DNA of 64,000 nucleotides, taken from NCBI GenBank assembly GCA_000708835.1, contig DF237093.1, forward strand, positions 103,796 to 167,795, given 5' to 3'. The notes under the pieces are model-generated. The model had not been told where the DNA came from. It ran no database searches and saw only the letters and a program-made list of their open reading frames with translations. Of this stretch, positions 37,271-49,822 are shown in pieces. Numbering within the stretch: the stretch's first letter is position 1; the number at the start of each line of letters is the position of its first letter. Origin of the DNA: Klebsormidium nitens. Its lineage: Eukaryota; Plantae; Klebsormidiophyceae. The position numbers were made by a program, and so were the translations under genes.

Positions 37271-37989
37271 CTGCACGAGTAAAAGGCATTTGATGCAGGA
37301 TTGCAGTCCCACGCATCTCGAGATCTGGTGTTCAGCAGACTTTAAATTCAGAGTGGAAGGCAAAATCACGGAATTGTCTGTTCTTGTAGTTATTGTTTGA
37401 GACTGTAACGGCTGGGCTACAGGAGTCGCATGCTAAAGTGCACCGTGCTGCTTGTTTCTTGAACGGCAAAAGTTATCCAAGAAAGCGGGCTATCAGTATT
37501 TGCCACGTAGAGCTTCTGGTTGCGGTTCAAGATCCTTCGAAAATGGTCAACGTTTCGAGCCACAGCCTCGCCCTCATCGGCAAGCGACTAAGAATAAAAA
37601 GCCGTTCGCAAGCAAGCAGTTCAGAGGTGATCGGCTCCTAATGGCTGAACCTCTGCTTCTGAACGTCCTTCTGAACGGCAAACATCCAACAAGTCTCAGA
37701 TCGAAAAAGGTCATGCGGAACCATCAAGGCGTGCACGGACCATCTGTCGCTGGCCCAACTCCTCAGTAGTAGCTTTGCATGATAATCTGCCTACACGTTA
37801 TTCCACGAGAAAGCTGATGTCATTCAACATAGATCAGCGCTTGCGGTCTTGCAGCCGCAACCGACACGTATTCGTCAGAGTCCGATCATGCACACTGACG
37901 AACTGTATCGATGCGATTTCGAACGGAAGAGCAAAGGCAGCAACAAGCACCCTTTGTTCGGAAGAGATCAAGCTGTGCCTGCAGTGTTC

Positions 37990-38621
37990 TTAACTTCAGT
38001 CCGATATTACAGAACTGTCCCCGACCAAAGCTTTTGGTTTGCCGATCAAGACCATCTTGAAGAATCGACCAAACAAGAAAAATGCCCCTCCATTCAAGTG
38101 CGTCCTTGAAATGCTCCAATGCCTGCAAAAAGAACTTACCACTGATTGCAGCGGCGAACGCACTGCCTGACTTCTTCAAAAATCTGCCTTTGGGATCGCA
38201 TGATCTTCGTCGCCCGCATGTTGCAAGGGCTTCGGCAGGCGTTTCAATACCTAAGTTTCACGTGACTCTGCAACAACCAGTGAGTGATAACATAACCCCA
38301 TCTGCACAATCATGCCCTACGCATATAGAAGCCCGCCAAAAAAAGACGTATATATATTGCTCATGCAGCATGCATCGATCCACCTGGTAGTCGCCGTCGG
38401 ATTGGCAAGTCTCGCTCCTGCTTATATATCTTCAAAACACTCGATAAAAATGGAAAGATACAGCATTGCCCCTGCCCAAGGATGAGACGCAAAAATTCGA
38501 GAAATGGTCCAAACATCGAACTTTTCTCTGAATTTTCAGCAGAAGTTGAGAGCAAATGCATTCGTTTATCATCTGTGCTTTCTGAGTGATGTACCAATCT
38601 TCTTGCGCTACCAGCTTTCAA
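37990..38621 (-). pseudogene. Decayed relic R6 of the helical/MYND-associated family, head-to-head with F-box B
   Basis: PFLEFLRLI (cf. intact DFVRFARVI), FLSSVLK (cf. R5), LEW...QDGLDRQTKSF (cf. R3 TWQ...EGL..QRQAKVY); internal stop and frameshift. Confidence 0.55.
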
Positions 38622-38859
38622 TTTTCTTTTGTAGTAACGTATCTAGCCAATAGGCTAGGCTGCTGGGGACAGAAGACTCAGAAGCCTGGTAATACCGACA
38701 CGTGTACGCGAGTATCGGCGCCTTAACCCCTGGCCGGTTTATGGCTGGCCAGGCCGGCCGCGACCGCGCGCGCCGCGCCCTCCAATCAGAGATCGTCCAA
38801 GTCGACGAACAGGCCTGCACACCATTTGCGCGGCTCAAGGAACTTGGATGCGCACGAAG

Positions 38860-39870
38860 ATGGAGCACAAGCCGCAGGACCTCTGTTCCTCCTTTGCGTT
38901 AACTTTTAAAGGTGCTGAAGAGCCTACAGGGATTAGCAGCTTGCCAGACGATGTCCTGTCACTCATTCTGAACAAAGTCGATGTGCAGGACTCTGTGACC
39001 TTTCTAACTCTCAATCTTGCCTGCAAGAGGTTCAGCCACATCGCTTCTCCAAGCTTCCCACTTTGGAGGAAAGCTTTCTTTGGCGGTAAGGAGCTGCCAC
39101 AGGAAACGAGTGAGCTGAAGGCGCTTGAGGAGGAAGTTGGTCATTTTGGGGGCTATAAGCGCCTTTTAGGGGCTCGGTTGCTGACCCGGACAACCTCCGT
39201 GATAAGTTATCCTTCAAAGAGCATGCTATTCCTCATGAAGACGAGGGAGGGGAGGGCTTTCATGTGGGGAGGTGGGATGAAGGAACCACCAGCTAAATCG
39301 AAAGCTAACAGGTGGTCGTCTGGTCCACCATTTACGTGGCGGGATTGCCAGCTCAAGCCCCTGTTTGAGGTCTCCACTCCGGACGAGCTGATTGACAAGA
39401 TTTGTCCACTTTACTCAGATTACAGAAAAACATTGGCACGACCTGGTGGACACCAATCAGAGGAACAGGCGACGTATTCCACGTGGGACACCACGATCTT
39501 GCTAGAGACCTTCTTCCTTTTGGAGGGACATCCGGGGAAGCTCTTTCACAAGCTGCACACGCGGAGTCTCAGTTGCGAAGTTGAATACTGCGCCGCCTCA
39601 CTCCGCTTCAGTGCTTTTCACAGGGCGTCAAGAGTTGTATTCCGAGTACCTGCTTGCAGATTCAACTCGCTGGTCGATGGTTGGTTGGTCATCAAAAGGT
39701 TATTAGCACAACCCGAACTCTCAGTATCCTGTGCAGGCCGTCTGGCCGAAGAGAGCAGCGTACGGTTCGAAGGGGTGTGCTGCCTCCATTGTAGCATGGA
39801 ACTCTATTCGCCCAACGAAAGGGTAGAGGATTTTAAGCCGCAGCTTTTGATGGCGGGTCTTCCCAAGTGA
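38860..39870 (+). CDS. F-box protein paralog B, single exon, 336 aa (340 aa if the ATG at 38848 is used); C-terminal domain not recognised
   Basis: ISSLPDDVLSLILNKVDVQD..FLTLNLACKRFSHIA is an F-box; uninterrupted ORF; start homologous to paralog A (MEHKPQDL). Confidence 0.8.
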   Translation: MEHKPQDLCSSFALTFKGAEEPTGISSLPDDVLSLILNKVDVQDSVTFLTLNLACKRFSHIASPSFPLWRKAFFGGKELPQETSELKALEEEVGHFGGYKRLLGARLLTRTTSVISYPSKSMLFLMKTREGRAFMWGGGMKEPPAKSKANRWSSGPPFTWRDCQLKPLFEVSTPDELIDKICPLYSDYRKTLARPGGHQSEEQATYSTWDTTILLETFFLLEGHPGKLFHKLHTRSLSCEVEYCAASLRFSAFHRASRVVFRVPACRFNSLVDGWLVIKRLLAQPELSVSCAGRLAEESSVRFEGVCCLHCSMELYSPNERVEDFKPQLLMAGLPK

Positions 39871-39899
39871 AGCTGCCTCTATGATGAAGACGTCCTTTC

Positions 39900-40110
39900 G
39901 TGTAGAGAAAAGGCGCGAACATGCAGTAGATCAAATGTATCTCGAGAGGATACTCTTGATGTAGCCTTCGTTGAAGAATAGCCTTCAGTGTGCTACTCTT
40001 TCATTGAAATACTAAATGCTGTGGAAGCTTCTTTTCTTAGTATCATGATCATCTCTTTTGTCTTGAAAACATCTGACCGGGACGATCTGCGGGTCATTAT
40101 AATCTTGTTG
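39900..40110 (-). pseudogene. Possible short relic R7 of the same family
   Basis: Single motif LFFNEGYIKSILSRY resembles R9 NNGLISSIL and intact LIDAGYIYIIAELY. Weak. Confidence 0.28.
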
Positions 40111-41085
40111 GCTCCCAGTCACTGCGAGCCATCAGTTCCCGAGCGGGCGCTGCTCAGTCGGCATATCGGCCGTCATGCTGTCCACGTCAGGCATTTATCC
40201 ACAGCACGCGTGCAAACTCAGCATACTCCTTTACACGGCTGCACATGGCTGTATGCCCCATACCGGCCGGGCAGTTACTCACAGCCATTGGCACTAGCTA
40301 ATCAAAGAAACCATTGCTCGGCTGTTTCAGCTATTCTTCATTTTGGCAAACCATTGTTACTCGTCATCATCTCATGAGAACAGCAAGCATGCAGCGCAGT
40401 GCTGATCATCTACAGGCTAGGCTCGAAATTACACACCGGCACCCTGATCATGAAGATGCTTTATGAACGGAATCACTCCGATTCCATGTGTACCGGCATG
40501 CATAATGGAGACGGGGGTTGCACGGCTGCCAAAGCGAGGGGCCTCAGCTAGGATGCATGCTGCATGAAATGCGTGACTCAACGTGACCCCGCGGCAATGA
40601 GGAAACACGCGTGCACCTGTGAAAGTTGACCGACAAGTGCCGAACATCGCCTATAATCGACGGATCTGCGTGAAAGTTTTACCCCGTTCCTTCTCCGACG
40701 ACCATGCTTCTCCAGTCTTACGATCATGGATCGGCTGAAACAACCACATAGACGTGGCTGGTTACGTTGGAGAAGCCCACTATCAGTCACAGATTGAATC
40801 CATGCAAGTCGAATTCAAAACTCGACAGCTATTGCACCGGTGAGTGAGGCCTTTCTCTCGAACCTCAGGCTGGCATACAAGTATAGCCTCCGGTGGATTT
40901 CCACTTACACATGCAGCGCCCCACATTTTCCGCTTGCATGATGAAGCTGCCCTCTGTGAAGGTCATAACATATCGCAGCATGACATGAGCATTTAAAATC
41001 CCCAGATGTCGTGATCGGAAAAGAAAGGTCCACATTCCGGCTCTTGCAACCCGCATTGAGAGAGACCTTTTGCGCTGTTCAAGGA

Positions 41086-44000
41086 TCACTCCTCATCGTC
41101 CGACTCCACTATTCCATCGACCCATTGTCCTCCGTTCCCTTGTTGCTCTCTCCCGGGTGCCCTACGTCCCAAACCCTGACCCAAACCCTGCACGTTTCTC
41201 TGGCCACGTGCCCACCCCCTCCGTTCCGCCTCCGCTTGCGCTTGCTCGTACGCCTCTCTCTGTAAGTGCAGCTGTACCTGCTCTAGTTGCTCCTCGTTCA
41301 ACTGCACCCCGTTTCCGTTCTCTCCCCCGCCGTGCTGCGGCTCCAACCCCAAGTCGGCCCACGGCATCAGCGACCGCAGAAACAGCATCAGCGGATTCTG
41401 TCCGTCAAGTTCCGCCGGCAGAGCACCCGGCGGAACACCCCTTGCTTGCACATCAACCGCGCCCGGAAGCTCCGCCGGATTAACCGGAAGAGGGGCCCCC
41501 GCGGCCTCCTCGTCTGGTGGGAGAGTGTGCGTGTTGTCTGAGAACTCGGAGACCGGCAGGTAAGCGTACTCGTTTTCGGTCGAGGGGAATGACTCGGATC
41601 GGACGCACGCCCAGTCGTCAGCAGCGGCTTTTCCGGTTGGCGTGCTGAGGGACGCAACGGCGTTCTTGGCTGCCTGCTTCAGCCAGTCCTGAAAGGGAGC
41701 AGCGAAGGGAGGCATTAGGGCTGCGTGCGATTACAGGTTTTCAAGAAGCACGAGTGAGAGATGCGCCACAGGCTTGCTTCAACATATGCGCAGAATGAAA
41801 CCTCGAAACGACACTTCAAGCTACCGCGTCGGCTGTTGCCCGCAAGAGCGCAACGTCCGATAAGTCAGAACGCTAGAACGCTAGAACGCGAGGCTCGAGC
41901 GCAGCCTCAGAGGCGCCAGTCCATTCAACCAATCTTTACCAATCGTATTGCAGACAATCTAGTCCCACATGCTAAGCATGACACATGCAAGGACCTCATA
42001 AGCATGACCCAACAGACGTGACGTCAGCAGCTGACCTGCGCTTCCTGCGGGCGCCACAACAGGTGGCTGCGCTCCAGGTAAATGTCAATCAGGTGCTCCA
42101 GCGTTGGTCCTCCAGCGGTCGCCTTTGCGAAGACAGGCGCGTTCAGCAGCTTGGCCCACTCCGAATCCTGCAGAAGTCAAGAATCCGTTTCGGGGTCTGA
42201 GATTGAGCGCAAACGTCAGAGTCTGGAATTTAGGAGCTTGCAGGTTCAGAACGGAAGGAGCGCTTGCTTGAGATACAAAATTCCTGTACTTGTGGCTCTG
42301 ACGGCTTACTACAGGAGCGCAGGATGCTAAAGTGCAGCGTGCTGCTTCTCTCTTGTATGGCCGAGGCTAAAAAGATAAATGATCCTGTATTCGATGGTCG
42401 CGTACAGATTCCCGGTTGCGATCCAAAATCCTTCGACAGTGATCAAGTTTTCCCGCCAATCCCTCGTCTTCATCGGCAAGCAACTACGAAAAAGGGGCCC
42501 TTCCTAGGCAAGCAGTTAAGAAAGAATCAGCTCCCAACGGTGAACCTCTGCTTCTGACGGCCAACACCCGAACAAGTCTCACACTGAAGCGTGCCCGGAC
42601 CCTCTCTCGCTGGCCCAGCTCCTCCATAGTAACTTTGCCCCGATTATTCCACCTACAAAATAACCTTCGACAAAGCTACGCTATATAGACCAGCGCTTGC
42701 CGTCTTGCAGCCGCCACTGACATGACTTTGTCAGAGTCCGTTCATGCACACTGACGAACTGTATCGCTGAGATTTGAACGGAACATCGAAGGCAGCAAGG
42801 AGCGACCCTTTGCTTGGAAGAGATGGAGCTGTGCCTACCTTACCGATAGAATTAAAGATCTCTATCCAGTTGGTTCGTCAGCTTGCGAATCAGGACCAGC
42901 TTTCAAAAACCGTACCCAGCTTTGAATAAGAGTCGCCCTCCGAAAAGATATGTAATAATGTAACGGTGTGTCGCCCGTTAATTGAGTGTATTCCCAGAAT
43001 GGTTTGAAGAGCTGGGGGAGTTCGTCACCCTCACCTCTTTGATGGGCGTCTTCTCGATGAGCTTCTGCAGCATGGCGGGGTGCAGCAACAGGGCCTGTTC
43101 CAGCAACTGCAGTGACGTCACGCCCCCGCCGCCGTTCTCGGCACCGTGCGCATCGTTGCCGGAGGTCGATGCACCCTTTGAGCTGCATGCCAGATTGTTA
43201 CGCATGAGGGGGCGTTTTGAGCACAGAATGAACGGACAAAGCATTGTCGAACCTTGGGGTGAAACAGAGCCTGTAGAAGATTGTGATTTGGAAGCCAAGC
43301 GCCAACCCGAAACGAAGCCCTGAGAAAGGCACGTGTTGGGCGCAGCACTCACTTGACAGCGTCGGAGGGGACAATCTCAGCTAACATGAAAGAGAAGTTG
43401 GTTCGCTGCAAAATGAAGTCCTCCTTTGTGACTTGCCAATCAAGGAAAGCGTGGCAGAATAAAAGGGTTTTAGCCAGCCGTTGGAGAAGCCTTCTAGGGC
43501 GTCGGCATGTTCCCGTCCTCTTTCAAAGCCGTTTCTAGACGCAAGATGAGACCACGTTGGTTTGAACGAACGCAAACAGAAGCATTTTTAGGGCTGGGTA
43601 AAGAAGGTATAAGCGAAGATACTCATGAGCATTAGCAGAAAGCTGCTCGGACCAAGCTATGTCCCTTCTTGCCTCACCTCTTCTGGCGCTCCTCCAAGCG
43701 AAAGCGCGCCATTGCAAGCGAGAAGGCGAAGTTGGGCAGCACGCGAAGCGAGCGCTCCGCGTCTAGTTCGTCTGCCAGCCGCTCCAGGTAATCAAACTGC
43801 TCCGAGCGGAGGGCGTAGTAGTCCACGCAGAAGAGGGCGCCGGCGGGATCGCCCTCCGGGTCAAGCGACAGCACCAGCTTGCACACCTGCCAGATGAGCC
43901 GACTAGAGAGTCAGCAAAGTCCAGAAACTGTACATTGGAGATTGGTATAGAGTCAATTCACGATAGTGACTGTGCAATGATCAAGAGGGACGGACCAGCA

Positions 44001-46181
44001 CGTGATGTTGCTTGAGTTGGTTCAAGCGAGATCCAGCATGTCTTTCACGCTTGGCAAAGTTGAATGTTAAGAAGCCTCTGCACGAAGTGCACGGAAAAAG
44101 GGAATTGTTAAGCTGTTAAAGTGTCACACTGTCTTTGAGCAGCAGTATCGGACAACATACGGACACTGGGCGACGCAAACAACGGGAGCGTCAAGCCGCC
44201 CAGACAAAAGACTACTCACGTAAACAGCTTTCAAGCAAAAAGGCCCTGTTCGAGCTCACCTCGAGCGCCGTCCTGTGGCACCCCCGCCGGCCCAGGTGCT
44301 GCATGTGCCGAAAAAGGGCCTGGTAAAACGCCCGGTTGGGCTCTTCTTCGAACGGAACGCGGCACGTCCCGAGCGAGATGTTAAACGACGGATGCCACGC
44401 GCACTCGAACGCGTAGAGGCAGCGCTCGAGCAGCTCCGCGACCGTCTGCATCTCGCCCATTTGCTTGTACACGTCAGCCAACGTCAGCAGGCCGTCGATG
44501 TGGTACGGGTGCTGGGCGACGAGGTGCGCGATGGCGTTCGGGTCGTGGGTGGCCGCCAGGGCCTCGAACTAGGGAGGGGAGAAATAGGTGGTCAGGGATC
44601 TGAACTTGAGATGCAAGACAGCCGCTACGAGGGCCTTGTTCAGCGAACCAGGCTGCAAGCATCCTGAACGAGGGATAAAACTGGAAGTAAGGACGCGCGA
44701 CGATCTTGACTTAAAAAGAGGAGGTTTGGCTATTGACGAGAAGAGGGATCAAGAATGTGAATGACGAAGCTGAAGATGGGGAGGAACTTTGTCAAGGCAA
44801 TACTAATAGAAGCCAAGTCAACAAATTGATGGGATCTTAGACAACAGAACACCGGTCCTACCTCGTGTTGTGTCCGCAAGTAGTCCCTCGAAAATGTGTA
44901 CTTGAAGAACTGGCACCCGTCCTTGCTCCCCATAGACTCCATCAGAATCCCGCCATCCCACCGCGGCCAATGGTCCAACGGACTGATCAGCAGCCCCCCT
45001 TTCCTCGGCCCCACCGCACCCCTTCCGCGACCCCTCCCTGACAGCCGGTGTCTCCGCCCCCCCCCGCCACGCGCGCCGGCCCCTTCGTGCGCTTCCACCG
45101 AACTGATCACTTTCGATCCGAAGATTCGTCGGAGCTCGTCCTCCGCTTTCAGGTGCTTCACATCTACTCCCAGAACGTGCCGGTTGCTTCTCGGTCTCGA
45201 GGCTTCCGTGCTCCGGCCTGCTGTTTCAGGAGCCTCTCCCCCGACCGGCAGCTCGTCTAGCTTCCGCAGAATCTCCTCGACTTCTTCGTCCTCACGAACC
45301 TTGCCCTTGCCTTTACTCCGCCCCCTAGTATTGGATCCGGCAACATCCGGAGTAACATGGCCTGCGCTCTCACTCGATGTTGCAGTGGTCTCAGGCGAGG
45401 GTGGTGTAACATCGGTAGCCCCTGAATCTGCGACCCCCTTCGCTTTCTTCTTTTTCTTCTTCTTGCCCTTTGCTGAGGACCGTGGTTGTTCTACGAGCGC
45501 CAAAGGGGGCCCTGTCTCCTCGTCGCTTGCTTCTGCCTCCTCGTCGGCGACTCCCGCCTCATCCTGTACAACACAAAGACACCGCCACTCAAAGACGCGG
45601 TATTTCTTGGAAGGCGGTGCAAGAGATGACTTCAGGCTTCCCGGAATCAACCAGTGCCCCAGAAAGGTGAAGAAGCAATCGGAATGCTGAAGCATCAATA
45701 CCTACGTTTTGCCACCATGACATTAGACATGCCCATAAGTTTATTTGACCTTCCCGAAAGAGATATGCAAAGGGCGACAAGTTTCAGCACGTGATGAACA
45801 TGCGGATTTGTTTGTTCCGAACAATTTCGAACAGAGACCTCTCTGTCTCCATGTGTATGAGGTGCAAACGCTTCATTTCCTTCTCCTCAAAGTTGTGCCT
45901 CATCAGTCTGCTATTTGTCGACAGAAAGAAACAGACCTTCATCAAGGACTTAGACAAGCAGCGCCGGACGAGCAAGAACTAAAGCATGCAATGGTGGCAT
46001 GGACAGTTGGCCAAGGGGCCGAGCTAGGACATACCTCATCTCCGAGAAGGTCGAATGGATTTCTGACCGCTCCCGCTGGCTCCTCCTCACTGCTCTCCTC
46101 AAGATCCTCATTCACCGCTTGTTCCGGCCCAGCCTTGAGTTGCTGCTGAGCCAGCAGGCGCTTCACGGCACGCGCAGACAT
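41086..46181 (-). CDS. TCF25: TCF25/Rqc1 ribosome-quality-control protein, ~749 aa. Exons: 46181-46035, 45563-44862, 44568-44260, 43886-43678, 43182-43035, 42167-42036, 41688-41086
   Basis: [121 protein letters not shown]. Junctions in phase (2250 nt). Confidence 0.92.
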
Positions 46182-46682
46182 GCTGACTCTAGATCTGCAG
46201 CAGACTGGGACCAGTTAAGAGGCGGTCTCAGGGGGCCCCAGTCTTAGTCTAGGACAGCTGTACTTCTGATTTAGCTGGTGACGGAGGGACAGGGACTGCA
46301 GCTGAGCACTGCGCGAAAAGAGATCAGCAGTACGTTGGATTTCCTTCAAGTTGCTGCAGAGTAACCAAAAGCGAAGCCTGTTTCTAAATAAATAAAGATG
46401 CGGAAGAGGTTTTAAAAAAAGTAGAACCGGTACTTTCGAGATCTGGAGATTTGCGCTAGGAACTGGAAGTTCTAGAAAGTCGCCCACCCTCCTTCCTGAA
46501 CAATGACTCGCTTGCTGTGCACACTGAGCTGCGGACTTCACGAGCAGAGCATGAAGGAGGAGGCTTCAGAGCATCTTTCCTGAATCGCCTAGGGCTAGGG
46601 CTGGGGCTGGGGCCGGGGCCAGTTTCCTCCAGCATAATTTTTCTCGACGAGGGCCCCTTTCCGTGTCTGCAATTCGCAAACC
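46182..46682. promoter_or_regulatory. Putative bidirectional promoter (501 bp) between TCF25 and GRXS17, containing a five-tract G-quadruplex-forming motif at 46592-46618
   Basis: Divergent ATGs at 46181 (-) and 46683 (+); GGGCTAGGGCTGGGGCTGGGGCCGGGG seen directly. Confidence 0.5.
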
Positions 46683-48540
46683 ATGACTGACCGCTTAGTG
46701 GACGCTGCGGATCTCCCCGCTTTCGAGCAAATTGTCAGCGGGGCACCTGAGGCGGTGGTGCACTTCTGGGCTTCCTGGTGTGAGCCCTGCAAGCACCTAG
46801 ACAACATTCTCGCACAACTAGCGTCTGAGAATCAGAACGCAGCATTCGTGCGGGTGGAAGCGGAGGAGGTCGCAGACGTGTCGGAGAAGTATGACGTCGC
46901 TGCTGTTCCCTTCTTCCTTTTCTTCAAGGTGAGTTGGGTGGCTAGGTAGTGTCAGGTGATGAAGAATTGGTGCAAAAAGCAGCTCCTTAATATTGATGAA
47001 AAGACTCTCTTTCTTGAAAGCTTTTGAAATTCATCTCACGAGTACAACTTCTTGGGTTTTGCAGCTACTTTGTATTGCATGTTTTGCTCATGAATAATAG
47101 CAAGCTAGCACTGCGCCGGGCATGAGAAGTGTCTTGTTAAGGTTCCATGGATTGGGACAGCTTCACATTTAGTGGAAGAAATAAGCTCCTTTCAAATTGG
47201 CAATTAAACCGTAGGTTCAGGTGCTTGATGAGGTGACAAGTTTGACGTGCTTTCACTGAGCAATTTGTCGATTTGGCAGGAGGTGGGTCAGCGCATATTG
47301 GTGACAAACTGGGGGGGCTAACTTATGTACAGAGAAGGTGTTTATTGCTTGCTGCAATTCTCTGACGGTTGAGGACCACTTCAGGGCCTGTAGTTACTGA
47401 GTTCTTTCTTGTTGGCATCAGTGTCCGTCCGCATCAGGTCCTCTTTCTCTTTCAGCGATGAAACTAATCAGTTTTGAAAATTGTTCTAGTGCTGCAATCC
47501 TTCTTCATCATTGCAATCAATCCTCAGTATTGCAATCCATCCTTATCAATCTGATTAGTGTATCATTACTGCAATGTTTCATGACTGCCATCCATCTTTA
47601 TCATGATCAATGTCCAGCGAGCTTCCCCACTGATTGGGGCGTATTCACTCTTCCTCTTGTGCAGAATGGTGCTCTGGTGGACTGCTTGGAAGGCGCCAAC
47701 CCTGGGGAGCTCAGCAAAAAGGTCGCGCTGCACCTGAAGGGAACAGGATCCGCAAATGGCGCAATTTCGGCTAAGTCTAGTGGTTCCGCCCCCGCAACCC
47801 AGGCCCCCAGCGTCAAGGCCGCCCCTTCTAAAGATGCCCTGCAAGCAAAGCTCACCGCCCTAGTTAAGTCTCGGCCGGTTCTCTTGTTCATGAAAGGCAC
47901 TCCGGAAGCCCCCCGCTGCGGGTTCAGTAAAAAAGTGGTGGCGGCATTGAAGGAGGAGAACGTCCCGTTTGGCTCGTTTGACATTTTGGGAGACGAGGAG
48001 GTGCGCCAGGGGATGAAGGAGTTCTCGAACTGGCCGACGTTTCCGCAGCTTTATGTGAACGGGGAGCTCGTGGGGGGGTGCGACATTGTACTGGAAATGG
48101 CCCAAAGTGGGGAGTTACGAGAGCTGCTTCAGAAAGAGGGGGTGACGGCGGTCGTCGATAAGGCGACTACGAGTGAAACGAAAGTGACGGACTCGGAGCA
48201 GGTGCAGGATAAGAGCGTGGTCGAGGGAGGGAAGGGAAGGCTGGAGGACCGGTTAGAGGCGCTGGTTAACTCCAAACCCGTGGTCCTCTTTATGAAGGGC
48301 ACGCCGGAGAATCCCCGGTGCGGGTTCAGTCAGAAGGTGGTCAGGGCGTTGCGGGAGGAGGGGGTAGACTTCGGGAGCTTTGACATTCTGAGTGACGAGG
48401 AGGTGCGGCAGGGCCTCAAGGCGTACTCGAACTGGCCGACGTTCCCGCAGCTGTACAGCAAGGGCGAGCTTGTTGGGGGGTGCGACATCGTTCTCGAGAT
48501 GCACGAGAGCGGGGAACTGAAAGAAGCTCTAGCTGCCTAG
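46683..48540 (+). CDS. GRXS17: Multidomain monothiol glutaredoxin GRXS17/PICOT (Trx + 2 Grx domains), 373 aa. Exons: 46683-46928, 47665-48540
   Basis: Trx domain [11 protein letters not shown]...VEAEE...V.AVP.F. Two Grx domains [48 protein letters not shown]. 1122 nt. Confidence 0.93.
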
Positions 48541-49398
48541 GAGTACAGATGGGCGGACTTGGGCATCGGTATACACTAGAAGAGTCATACGGAAAGCTGG
48601 AATTTTGAAAGCATGCAACTGATCATCCGAAGCTAGGAGATGAAATGCTTTATAAGCAGATGAACTGACGGGACATGATACTTCGTATAGTCTTGATTAA
48701 TGAACCGATGAGCTTGTTCTTCGACTCGTGCTCCTCTCTTTTACGTCAGTTGACTGCGGCGAAGCGCACCCGGCTTCGCATCAATCATGCGCCGGGGGCC
48801 GGGCGGGTGGACGTACGTACTCTTAAGTTGCATGCTGCCCACTGAGAAGCTGCCCATGGCACCAGACCATGCTTTGATTTAAACCTGGCCTCCCATGGGT
48901 TGGACAGATGAGATTATTATTTCCACGATTGTGATTGAGATTAGTGCGAAATTAAAACATGAGTGCGACCTGATTTGCTCTGCAGTATTCGTGCTTCTGG
49001 CAAGAGCCACGTCAGTGCGGTGCAACATGTTTTGACTACGTCATGTACGTCTGTGACAGTCCTAGAGATGCAAGCGTTGAAGGCTCTTTGTCCACTTCAT
49101 GAAGTGGGCTAAATTGCACGCAATCCTTGGTCGCGCACTGGCGCCTACTAGTCTGTATGGCGCCCGGGCCAGCGAGGCCTGTGCATGATCAAACGGCCAA
49201 AAATTATTGAGGCCGCCCTTACGGCTTCGATCACCAAATATGGCTGGCTGCACGCCCCCCCCCCGCCTCGCTAATTTGCTAGACACGCCGCAGCAGTGGC
49301 GGCATGCTGCAACATATAGCCCGAATACGTTACCCCCCTATGTAATTGAACCGGGCAAGCACAAAAGCTACTACGTTTTGTTTAAGTTGGTGATAGGC

Positions 49399-49822
49399 TT
49401 ATACAGAATGCCGAAAGGGGGCGAAGCCAGTACCGAATCGCTGCATACTCTTAATCAAGAGATTCTCCGGCATGCGCAGAAGGAACCATAATAGCTTGAG
49501 TCCGTGGCTTGACCAACAAAGCACGCCGTTTTGACTTTCTGTGCACAAGATCGCTTCTTGGATATTGAAGATATGTACGATCGGGCTTAACAATCCAGCA
49601 GAGATAATCCGATCAAGGAACATAGTTACTCTACCCAACATGAGTGATTGGCGTTACGTTGTCAGATCTCTGGAATGCCTCGTCAAATTCTTCCTGATTT
49701 TCACTTGAATCCATTTGTTTCAACACGTCATGAAATATACAAGTGAGATTTGAAGCGGTTGATGTATCCGCCCCAGCGAACGGTACAGTCAAACTGGGCC
49801 TTTTGAGAAGACGCGTATCCAA
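49399..49822 (-). pseudogene. Relic R8, decayed tandem paralog downstream of the MYND gene
   Basis: RIISAGLLSPIVHIF vs intact WLIDAGYIYIIAELY; GVLCW...LLWFLLRMPENLL vs DVLSRCNIALLRLISSEDSL. Confidence 0.4.

Larger units (their letters stand above)
33313..42840. repeat. Tandem segmental duplication, unit ~4.8 kb (A ~33.3-37.99 kb; B ~37.99-42.84 kb): relic + F-box + TCF25 3' end
   Basis: Co-linear similarity of the F-box CDS, TCF25 exons 7 and 6 and part of intron 5. Similarity ends abruptly after agagat..agctgtgcct (37980 vs 42837), inside TCF25 intron 5. Confidence 0.88.

Noticed and set aside
37452-37769. Plus-strand ORF sharing ~40 in-frame codons with 42264-42557
   Set aside because: Explained by nucleotide similarity of the duplicated TCF25 intron 5; starts and ends do not correspond and no domain is recognisable.
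42862-43030. Ankyrin-like GDTPLH in an alternate frame
   Set aside because: Single hexapeptide in TCF25 intron 5, with no ankyrin helix pattern around it.
48759-49107. Perfect 7-bp hairpin (48759-48779) and 16-bp palindrome CCACTTCATGAAGTGG (49092-49107) as terminator or transposon ends
   Set aside because: Short enough to occur by chance in 64 kb; no U-tract, no correctly spaced CTRR, no partner TIR or target-site duplication found.
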